Source: Eledone cirrhosa (Eukaryota). From it: a stretch of DNA of 64,000 bases. Position numbers and translations under genes: made by a program. Below, in pieces: positions 30,001 through 38,950 of the stretch. The notes below the pieces were generated by a model. It saw only the letters and a program-made list of their open reading frames with translations, ran no database searches and was not told the DNA's origin. Positions within the stretch are counted from its first letter, which is position 1, and each line of letters starts with the position of its first letter. The DNA lies in contig CAXHJY010000275.1 in NCBI GenBank assembly GCA_964016885.1, positions 248,001 to 312,000 on the forward strand, written 5' to 3'.

Positions 30001-31625
30001 AATACTGGTTAGTTGTAGCAGTCACTCTAGCTTTGGTGTAATACTGGTTAGTTGTAGCAGTCACTGTAGCTTCAGTGTAGTACTCGTTAGTTGTAGCAGT
30101 CACTGTAGCTTTGGTGTAATACTGGTTAGTTGTAGCAGTCACTGTAGCTTCAGTGTAGTACTGGTTAGTTGTAGCAGTCACTGTAGCTTTGGTGTAGTAC
30201 TGGTTAGTTGTAGCAGTCACTGTAGCTTTGGTGTAATATTGGTTAGTTGTAACAGTCACTGTAGCTTTGGTGTAATACTGGTTAGTTGTAGCAGTGACTG
30301 TAGCTTTGGTGTAATACTGGTTAGTTGTAGCAGTCACTGTAGCTTTGGTGTAGTACTAGTTCGTTGTAGCTGTCATTGTAGCTTCAGTGTAGTACTGGTT
30401 AGTTGTAGCAGTCACTGTAGCTTTGGTGTAGTACTGGTTAGTTGTAGCAGTCACTGTAGCTTTGGTGTAGTACTGATTAGTTGTAGCAATCACTGTAGCT
30501 TCAGTGTAATACTGGTTAGTTGTAGCAGTCACTGTAGCTTTGGTGTAGTACTGGTTAGTTGTAGCAGTCACTGTAGCTTTGGTGTAGTACTGGTTAGTTG
30601 TAGCAATCACTGTAGCTTCAGTGTAGTACTGGTTAGTTGTAGCAATCACTGTAGCTTCAGTGTAGTACTGGTTAGTTGTAGCAGTCACTGTAGCTTTGGT
30701 GTAGTACAGGTTAGTTGTAGCAGTCACTGTAGCTTTGGTGTAATATTGGTTAGTTGTAGCAGTCACTGTAGCTTTGGTGTAATACTGGTTAGTTGTAGCA
30801 GTCACTGTAGTTTTGGTGTAGTACTGGTTAGTTGTAGCAGTCACTGTAGCTTTGGTGTAATACTGGTTAGTTGTAGCAGTCACTGTAGTTTTGGTGTAGT
30901 ACTGGTTAGTTGTAGCAGTCACTGTAGCTTCAGTGTAATACTGGTTAGTTGTAGCAGTCACTGTAGCTTTAGTGTAGTACTGGTTAGTTGTAGCAAACAC
31001 TAGCTTCAGTGTAGTACTGGTTAGTTGTAGCAGTCACTGTAGCTTTGGTGTAGTACTGGTTAGTTGTAGCAGTCACTGTAGTTTTGGTGTAGTACTAGTT
31101 CGTTGTAGCAGTCACTGTAGCTTCAGTGTAATAATGGTTAGTTGTAGCAGTCACTGTAGCTTTGGTGTAATACTGGTTAGTGATAGCAGTCACTGTAGCT
31201 TTGGTGTAATACTGGTTAGTTGTAGCAGTCACTGTAGCTTTGGTGTAATACTGGTTAGTTGTAGCAGTCACTGTAGCTTCAGTGTAGTACTCGTTAGTTG
31301 TAGCAGTCACTGTAGCTTTGGTGTAATACTGGTTAGTTGTAGCAGTCACTGTAGCTTCAGTGTAGTACTGGTTAGTTGTAGCAGTCACTGTAGCTTCAGT
31401 GTAGTACTGGTTAGTTGTAGCAGTCACTGTAGCTTTGGTGTAATACTGGTTAGTTGTAGCAGTCACTGTAGCTTCAGTGTAGTACTGGTTAGTTGTAGCA
31501 GTTACTGTAGCTTCAGTGTAGTACTGGTTAGTTGTAGCAGTTACTGTAGCTTCAGTGTAGTACTGGTTAGTTGTAGCAGTCACTGTAGCTTCAGTGTAAT
31601 ACTGTTTAGTTGTAGGAGTTACTGT
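1..31625. repeat. 39-bp tandem repeat array (minisatellite/satellite), ~810 units, running off the window start
   Basis: Consensus GTAGCAGTCACTGTAGCTTTGGTGTA(G/A)TACTGGTTAGTT repeats head-to-tail from base 1 and decays into unique sequence near 31625. It includes recurrent point variants and 27/28-bp deletion units. Confidence 0.98.
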
Positions 31626-31746
31626 CTTTCTTCAAAGTTATGGGAAAACATACTGAATTATTGATGGTGGGGAAAATAAACTATAATTTAATTATTTTTA
31701 GCAATTTCATTGAGGAAAATATCTTCAGTGTATTTTGTATTTACAG

Positions 31747-31822
31747 GGAATCGTTTGAATGAAACTCAAAAGAATAATAAAACCACAAATGATACGCAGC
31801 TACCGTGTGTACCTGATGCAAG
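31747..31822 (+). CDS. SUCO: SUCO-like internal exon A (xGNRLNETQKNNKTTNDTQLPCVPDAR)
   Basis: tttacAG acceptor and AG|GTCAGT donor; 76 nt, open frame, ends in phase 2, which matches the next exon. Confidence 0.72.
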
Positions 31823-31886
31823 GTCAGTCTTTTGATAAATCTCCAGTTTCATTGTATTTTCATTACATTTTGCAGTACTACTGTTT

Positions 31887-32065
31887 ATCATCATCATCAT
31901 CGATTAACGTCCATCTTCCACGCTAGCATCAGTTAGACGGTTTTGTTCCATTTGATGCGGGAATGATCGGGAGACTGTGTCTCGCTGATACAGAAGTGTC
32001 TCTGGCAGGCTTTTTACAGCTGGGTGCCCTTTCTAACACCAACCACATTTACAATGTGCACTATA
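31887..32065 (-). mobile_element. Degenerate SINE/RTE 3'-tail fragment with (TGA)n end
   Basis: (CAT)n followed by AACGTCCATCTTCCACGCTAGCAT and CAGCTGGGTGCCCTTTCTAACACCAACC, homologous to the RTE 3' UTRs in this window. Confidence 0.6.
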
Positions 32066-32140
32066 CTTTGTAATTGTTGTATACTTTGTCTTTCATCTTT
32101 TAAAGGTCGATAAGTACCAGTCTAGTACTGGAGTCGATTC

Positions 32141-32470
32141 CATTTCATTTTACGTCCGCTTTTCCCTGCTTGCAAGGGTGGGACAGGAACTGATTCTGGC
32201 TTGATTTCTACAGCTGGATGCCCTTCCTAACACCAACCTCATTTACAGTGAATGCTGGGTGCTTTTTTGCCGTGGCACCTCCACGACCACTTTGCAGTGG
32301 AATGATATGGACCCCAGTCCCTATCATCTCATTTCTACAGCTGAGTAAACTGGAGCAATGTGAAATAAAGTGTCTTGCTCAAGGAAACAACACATCACCT
32401 GGTCTGAGAATTGAACTCACAACACTTTCGATTGCAAGGCCAATGCTCTAACCACTAAGCCATGTGCCTC
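32141..32470 (-). mobile_element. tRNA-derived SINE with RTE-related 3' tail
   Basis: Minus-strand head GGCACATGGCTTAGTGGTTAGAGC (A box) ... GAGTTCAATTC (B box), central CCTTGAGCAAGACACTTT, and a tail shared with RTE 3' ends at 42690-42850 and 37850-37900. Confidence 0.8.
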
Positions 32471-32767
32471 CATTGTTCTTCTATATCTCTTTCTCATTTC
32501 CTTTCTCTCACTTTCTATCTTTCTCTGAAGAAATTTGCTGTACTCAGGTCTGAAGAGGGGTGGGCTCCGCCAGGCTTAAAATACCCAAGAAATGCTGTAT
32601 GTCAATACGGCACCCTTATGACTCTATCAGGAGTTACTGGACCATACAATATCAATTGTTGTATAAGATTTTTATTTCTTTGATTAATAGATATATTTTA
32701 GATATTTCTGTTATTGATATCAATGAAATAAAGTTCTCAGTATAATATCATCTACTGTTGTGATATA

Positions 32768-32927
32768 CGAGGAGGGTACTCTCATGGAAAGACAAAATGA
32801 GATTTATTTTTCAACATTATCCCTGGAAAAAAAACAATGCAGTTATTAATAAGAAGAGTTGAAATTAATGCATGCAAGATTTCACAGCTCTAGCATCACT
32901 CCTTCATAGTCAGCCTATGAACTACTC
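32768..32927. mobile_element. Deleted copy of the mariner-like MITE seen at 36903-37100
   Basis: Internal sequence (TACTCTCATGGAA...GAAATTAATGCATGCAAGATTTCAC...CATAGTCAGC) is near-identical to the 36.9-kb copy; starts TA|CGAGG. Confidence 0.65.
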
Positions 32928-33108
32928 ATATTAAACCTAAGCCAACTAGAGTTGGCTCAACATTTTCAACATCTACTTAATGTCAAATATACTGAAGACC
33001 TTTTTATGCCACTCTTAATGTGTATGTATATCATCTTACCCTTTACTTGTAATATCAAGTAAAAACAAACAAACAAACCAAAAAAGGTTGCAAGCCTTAG
33101 ATTTAGTG

Positions 33109-33205
33109 ACATCATCATCATTTTACGTCCGCTTTTCCCTGCTTGCAAGGGTAGGACAGGTCTTCTTCAGCACATCATCTCACCATTTGTCACAGTCCTT
33201 CGTGA
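33109..33205 (-). mobile_element. Short 3'-terminal RTE fragment
   Basis: (CAT)n-TTTTACGTCCGCTTTTCCCTGCTTGCAAGGG matches the terminus of the 37850-38450 RTE fragment. Confidence 0.65.
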
Positions 33206-33792
33206 CAATATATTGGAATTACAAAGTGTTTTATTATAAAAAAATTATAAATCTATTTTTGAAATGTTCTAATCTAAATTAAAATAACTATAGATGAAAT
33301 ATTAGCTTGTAAATAATTCCGTTTAACCTTTTCGGTGCCATATTTTTAATGTAATACATTGCCAATGTGTTTCAGTTAATTTTGAAACTAATCAAATATT
33401 TAAGGGAATTTAATAAAATAGTTTCATTATTAAGCTGATAGGCGGATTGGCAGTATCAGTAGAGCGTCAGACACCATGCTGTACAGCATAGTTACACCCC
33501 TGGACCTGTCTGAAGCAACCATCTCCAATTGATTCAGCTGGATCTCCAAGCAAGACCAGTTGAGCTCATAGATGTTATCCAACCATCTTGCTCAAAGTCT
33601 ACCCCTGGGTCTACTGTCAGTTGGTTTTGCCTGTAAAATCTGTCCAGCGATTAGTACAATTTCTTTTAGTGTCTGTTAGTATATATATATATTTTTTCAA
33701 GAAAATGTAAATATATAGTTTCAGTTTCATAAACATGACTGACTCCTGATTTATTTGGTAAAATAATATTCATACCATTTTGAATTTTGTAG

Positions 33793-33893
33793 GATTAACA
33801 CGACTGCTTCTACATCGAAATCAGTTGAGCCTTCTTCACTGAATCAAGAGATGAAACCTGCTGTACCTGAGGGTTCTATCAATCTCATACCAG
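33793..33893 (+). CDS. SUCO: SUCO-like internal exon B (INTTASTSKSVEPSSLNQEMKPAVPEGSINLIP)
   Basis: ttttgtAG acceptor and CAG|GTAAGT donor; 101 nt, phase 2 to phase 1, compatible with both neighbouring exons. Confidence 0.8.
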
Positions 33894-33939
33894 GTAAGTA
33901 TTCTTTCAACATTTGCACTGTAATAATTCAAACAATAAT

Positions 33940-34133
33940 TGTTTCTACTTTTGGTACAAGGCCAGCAATTACCCCAGTGTATTACTGGTACTTTATTTTA
34001 TCGACCCCGTAAGGATGAAAGGCAAAGTTAACCTCGGCGGGATTTGAACTCAGAATGGCAAGGGCCGTAACTCTATACGTCAAAGCATGGCGTCCGACCC
34101 TCTACCAATACTGCCAATCCACTGCCCTTCACC
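33940..34133 (-). mobile_element. tRNA-derived SINE with Nin/Deu-like central domain and 16-bp TSD
   Basis: Minus-strand B box GAGTTCAAATCCC and domain GCCTTTCATCCTTACGGGGTCGATAAAATAAAGTACCAG; TSD TAATTCAAACAATAAT at 33924-33939 and 34134-34149. Confidence 0.85.
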
Positions 34134-34404
34134 TAATTCAAACAATAATAACAAGCGTTTCTTAGGCTATATTTCCCACTTCACTATTTTTTATACTGTC
34201 TGCAACCTCCCTCACCAAGAACTTCCTGGCTTTCATTTCCTCTCCATCATTTTTAGCCATGTCTTTCTTTGTCTTCCTCTTTCCTCGACACATTACCCAA
34301 CCATCTCATTTCCTTTCACAACAATTCAAAGATGTTTGGAATTTATTTTTGTAAATGTTTAAAATTTTTGACTATTTCTTCTTCACCCACTTATTTCTGA
34401 AAGG

Positions 34405-34704
34405 GAGACAGAGACCTCAAACACTCCTTCCAGCAGGTCCTGTCAAAAGCAACTGTCTCCAATTGATCCAGCTAGATTCCCAAACGAGACCAGTCAAGCT
34501 CATGGATGTTATCCAATCATGTTGCTCAGCGTCTAACCCTGGGTCGCCTATTAATTGGTTTTGCCAATAAAATCTGTCCAGCGATTCTTTCCTGAGACAT
34601 TCTAACCACATGCCTGTAATATCAGAGCTGTGATCTCTCAATTCGGAGAAGTAGAAGCTGTACCTAGAGCAACCTTCTGTTCCCCAAGCTATGCACTCTA
34701 TCAA
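34405..34704 (-). mobile_element. Decayed LINE (RTE-like) C-terminal fragment; second copy at ~33500-33650
   Basis: The ~150-bp segment GCAACTGTCTCCAATTGATCCAGCT...GGTTTTGCC...AAAATCTGTCCAGCGATT occurs twice; the minus-strand remnant resembles the R-rich C-terminus of RTE ORFs. Confidence 0.5.
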
Positions 34705-34851
34705 GTATGTTACTTCAAAGACCCTTTGAAGGAACCCTATTGTGGGCTCTTGTATCTGTGATCATATTCTTTCAGTCATTACTCAAGATTCATGACCAAT
34801 TTTCTTATTTCTGACGTTTTTTTTTGTTGTTTTTTTTTCTTCTTTTTTTAG

Positions 34852-36112
34852 AAAGTTCTCACCAGTATCCCAATGAAAAGTTAGTCACCATATTGAATGA
34901 TGATGAACAGGTTCCAATATCTGACATAGCTACAAATGAACCAATGGTACAGCTTATTGAAAGTGAAGAACATCCTGCTGTTATAAGTAGTTATACCACA
35001 TGCTGTCTTAAATGCCCCATGAAAAAGAGAAGTGATAAATATTCTTGCTATCAGTCTTTAAAATGTCGGTTTTTGAAAAGTGTATTTACAGTTACGTCAA
35101 ACAAAAAGGATTCCATTTCGTGGAAGGTTCCTCTTGTAAGTAAAATTGTAGAGGATCCGTCTACATCTGTTATATCTAAGGCTAGTTTGGACACCAAAAA
35201 TATTCTGCATTCAGAGGAAAGTGTATCTGAGCAAAGCATTGTTATTTTAGAAACTGAAACAAGTTCGTCACAATCAGCAATAAGTGCAAATCTAACACAT
35301 TCAGAAAAATCAGAAAGCCTTTACCCTAGCACATTAGCGCACACAGTTTTAGAAAATGAAAAAACCATTATGACAGATCAGAAATCGTCTGAAAGTTCTG
35401 TTATAGCACAAATAATTTCAAATGCAGAAAATTCTGTGTTAGAAGAAGAATCTATTTCAGCTTTGCCAAGTGAGGAAGAGAACGAAACAAAATCTTTTAT
35501 CAGTGATATAGCTTCTATGGATCAGAAGACATCTTCCAAACATTCATCTGGTGGAGTGTCTGTTGACTTCCGAACTCCAGCCACTACACTATATATTGAG
35601 CCAAGCTCCACATCTATAAAGCAAGTTGAACTCAATGGTGTCACATCTTCTGAACACTATGATTCCCATCTGTCCCCTTCTGATCCTTTATTTGCAAAAT
35701 CAGCATCTACTGCCTCCTCAATAAATAAACATGATGCAACTTCAGGGATCAAGTCTGATGAGAAAGCAATCCTTAAGGAAACTGAGAGCAACATCATCAC
35801 AACAGCAAGCCTTCCTAAAAATGGAGAAGATATGGAGCCAGTGGGGGCAAATATTGAACCAACAAGGGTCTCCGAATCTCCTTCCAAAGCTGTAGTTCCA
35901 GAGTCTTCATCGATATCTATTTCATCAATGACAGCTGAAGACCCTGTGGTAAAGGCTGTCAATGTTACTGATCCTAAAGTAGATAGTAATGGTCGGCCTT
36001 TATACACATTAGTTCGTGTTGGTTTACCACCAGCAGGGAAAAGAGAATCAGCTATTATGAGGTTAAATAACCGTATCAAAGCACTGGAACTTAATGTTTC
36101 TCTCAGCAGTAG
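34852..36112 (+). CDS. SUCO: SUCO-like large exon: Ser/Thr/Glu-rich spacer ending in the conserved KRESAIMRLNNRIKALELNVSLSSR motif
   Basis: ORF 34824..36116; long polypyrimidine tract plus AG at 34850-51; AG|GTAAGT donor at 36113. The C-terminal motif matches the SUCO/SLP1 family motif KESVFMRLNNRIKALE(V/M)NMSLS. Confidence 0.92.
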
Positions 36113-36189
36113 GTAAGTTGTTGCTATCACAAACTGATATATTTTCATTTCTTTAATCTCTTACTTATTGAATTGTTGCTGTTTTTGCT

Positions 36190-36490
36190 CACTACTATTA
36201 TCATCACGACCAACAATACCACCACCATCACAACCAACAATACCACCACCACCATCACACTATCACAACTAACAATACCACCACCATCACAACCAATAAT
36301 ACCACCACCATCAATACCACCACCATCATCACTATCAGAACCACCACCATCACACTATCACAACCAACAATACTACCACCACCATCACTATCAGAACCAC
36401 CACCATCACACTATCACAACCAACAATACCACCACCACCACAACCATCATCACTATCACAACAACCACCACCATCATCATCACCACCACA
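36190..36490. repeat. Cryptic (CAC/CAA/CAT)n low-complexity trinucleotide tract
   Basis: Runs of ACC/ACA/ATC triplets with short internal re-duplications. Confidence 0.85.
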
Positions 36491-36544
36491 GTTACAAGTC
36501 AGCTCTGGTTGAGCAGACCTATAATCAAAGGTATTCCAGGCATG

Positions 36545-36825
36545 TTGTAAAGGTTCTTTAAGGTGACCTGCCACAAGTTATATCAATAGTTTGATCCTGT
36601 CACATGGCTCTTGCTGGTCATGTTTCCTGCCAAGATGAACTTGCAGGGGAACTGCTTCTCTGGTCACCAGATGCAAAGTGCTGAGTATGACGTCCAAACA
36701 TGTTCATTAGGATTGTGTTGGTGAGGGACACTGGCCTCACTGCACGGGATCTTCTTGCTGTGATGAGAGATCGGGAAGTCTGGAACAAGAATTTTGTGCA
36801 TGCTTCACCTTCGATGGAGGGATGA
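36545..36825 (+). mobile_element. Old RTE-like LINE 3' fragment from a different family
   Basis: Conceptual translation through stops: GDLPQVISIV..HMALAGHVS.QDELAGELLLWSPDAK..V.RP..VRDTGLTARDLLAVMRDREVW, typical of RTE ORF C-termini. Confidence 0.6.
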
Positions 36826-36902
36826 CTCAAGAAGTTGTGATTATATTTTTCAAACCTTGTATTGAGACTGTCTTGTGAAAGCTTGAAGGACAAAAAGGTA
36901 TT

Positions 36903-37100
36903 CAAGGGTCAGCTGAAAAGTTCATAGGCTGACCTAGATACTCTCATGGAATGACCAAATGAGTTTTATTTTTCACCATAGTCCCTGGAAAAAAGCAAGG
37001 CAGTTATTAATAAGAAGAGTTGAAATTAATGCATGCAAGATTTCACAACTTTAGCATCACTCCTTCATAGTCAGCTTGTGAACTTTTCAGCTTACCCTTG
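36903..37100. mobile_element. Tc1/mariner-like MITE (~200 bp)
   Basis: ~30-bp TIRs CAAGGGTCAGCTGAAAAGTTCATAGGCTGAC and GTCAGCTTGTGAACTTTTCAGCTTACCCTTG, followed by TA on the right. Confidence 0.8.
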
Positions 37101-37193
37101 TATAATATTTTGGGAATTTAATTTGTGAAATAGCTTGTCAAATGCTGAAAATTGGCAGCATTCAAAAATATTAAATGGAGTTTTATTTAGACA

Positions 37194-37310
37194 GCACATG
37201 GCATAGTGATTAGAGAATTGAATTCACAATTCTGAGGTTGCAAGCTCAATATCTGAACTGGGTGATGCATTATGTTCTTGAGCAAGACCCTTTGTTTCAC
37301 ATTACTCCTT
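37194..37310 (+). mobile_element. Degenerate tRNA-SINE head
   Basis: GCACATGGCATAGTGATTAGAG...GTTCTTGAGCAAGACCCTTTGTTTCACATT is homologous to the SINE heads at 32470(-) and 53408(+). Confidence 0.65.
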
Positions 37311-37689
37311 CTACCAGGTGTTGTGTCTGGTGGATAGTATCAGCAATGGAAACAATGTTTCCTTGGTTCAATTTGACAAGTTCCAACCCACTCGGTAAGT
37401 GATCTTGTCGATTGATTCATTATCATCATCATCATTTAATGCCTGCTTTCCCTGCTAACAAGGGCTGGACGGGTCAGCACTGAAGTGGTGCTACTGATTT
37501 CCCAGATAGATGGATGGATCTGTATCCCACTTATGTATGGTCATATCGACTGCAGAGGAGAAGTTGTCACAAACTGAAGGATCCTCCTAACACCAACCAC
37601 TTTGCAGTGTATACTGGTTGCTTTTAATTTTTTATTTAGAAGTAAAATACTGTTATTTTTATTACATTAAAATCTTTTCTCTCTGACAG

Positions 37690-37801
37690 ATTCCTGGATG
37701 AATTAAGTCAGCGTTATCGCAAACAATCTGAAGAAATGATGCATTTCCTCAATAAAACTGTGGCACGTCTTGGAAATGTAACAAAAATGACACAGGAAAA
37801 G
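37690..37801 (+). CDS. SUCO: SUCO-like coiled-coil exon (RFLDELSQRYRKQSEEMMHFLNKTVARLGNVTKMTQEK)
   Basis: ctctgacAG acceptor and AAG|GTTTGT donor; continues the family motif RYLEELSQRYRKQMEEM in the correct phase. Confidence 0.93.
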
Positions 37802-37849
37802 GTTTGTAAAGGTTTTGTTTTTGTGTGGGGGAGGGGGTAGATTTTTAAA

Positions 37850-38450
37850 CATCATCATCATCATTTTATGTCTGCTTTTCCCTGCTTGCAAAGGTTGGAT
37901 GGGTCCTATTCAGCACAGTATCTCTCCACTTGTCACGGACCTTCGTCATCTCCTCTGCGAGCTTCAGCGATCTGAGGTCTGCTCTTACCACCTCAGCCAA
38001 TGTTTTTCGTGGTCTTCCTCTACTGCGTCTTCCTTCTACTAGGATTTCTTGGCACTTCTTTACCCAGCAGTCATCCTCCATGCGCATCACATGTCCATAC
38101 CATCTCAGTCTTCTCTCCCGCACACCACAACTTATCCCTCTTATACCCAGTTTCTCTTTCAACTTGTCCATGCTTGGTTGTTCACGCACATTGACATTGC
38201 ACATCCAACGGAGCATATTTGGTTCATTTCTCTCCAGCCGTCGCATATCCTCTGTAGTTGCTGCCCATGTCTCACTACCATGCTGCATCGCACATCTCAC
38301 ACAGGCATCATATAACCGGCCTTTCGTACGCAGTGAGAAACCCTTCTTCGTCAACAGAGGAAGCAGCTCCCTAAACTTCTTCCAACCCATCCATTATTCT
38401 AGATACTATGGCCTTGGAACACCCCACCCATGCTAATCTGATCACCTAGT
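37850..38450 (-). mobile_element. 5'-truncated RTE-clade LINE (ORF C-terminus, very short 3' UTR, (TGA)n tail)
   Basis: ORF 37866..38390: GWKKFRELLPLL, RLYDACVR, HGSETWA, RRLRWYGHVMRME, RGRPRKT; (CAT)n at 37850-37864. Confidence 0.9.
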
Positions 38451-38950
38451 TTAGGGAGCTGCTTCTTCTGCTGACCAAGAAGCTATCAACCACTTTGAAA
38501 GTTCATTGAATTTGACTGTTAAGTTATTCATATCTTTCTTTACAAATTCCATCTAATTAATACTATTTTAGTGTTAATTAGATATGATTTCTCACATTGG
38601 GCATATGGCTACAAGTATATGGAGAAGGAAATAGTTGAATCATATTTGAGTACATGTCTGGTATTTATTAAACTCTGAATGCAGAGGGACAAGAATAAAT
38701 ATAGTAAGGGACAAAGATGAAGAGATATCTACTACAACTACAACAAACACTTTAACCCTTTAGCATTTAAACCGTCCGTAACCGGCCAGGATTCTCTCAC
38801 TTCTTTCTATTCAAACCGACCATAACCAGCCCCTCATACTGATGTTAAGGTATTGTTCTCAAAATAAATAACATCAAAGTCTCACAGATTCGATATTTTG
38901 TGAGATACTATGTGAAGTAAAGCCTTTACTGTGAAAATACAATAATATAT

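Noticed and set aside
690-31583. Thr-rich mucin/adhesin-like protein (TATTNQYYTKATV)n on the - strand
   Set aside because: One of the commonest variants (CTG to CTA on +) creates in-frame TAG stops dozens of times, and there is no signal peptide or flanking exon.
1-31625. CRISPR array or telomeric repeat
   Set aside because: There are no unique spacers or cas genes and the context is eukaryotic; GGTTAG is only a substring of the unit, not tandem TTAGGG.
27-31664. Long Cys/Val/Ser-rich + strand ORFs (up to 1714 aa) as a real protein gene
   Set aside because: They follow from a 39-bp (13-codon) stop-free unit. Most start at non-ATG codons, the frame is broken repeatedly by 28-bp units and TGA variants, and there is no unique N- or C-terminal domain.
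36173-36574. Thr/His/Pro-rich ORFs as extra exons
   Set aside because: Low-complexity trinucleotide tract; the flanking SUCO exons already join in phase across the conserved motif.
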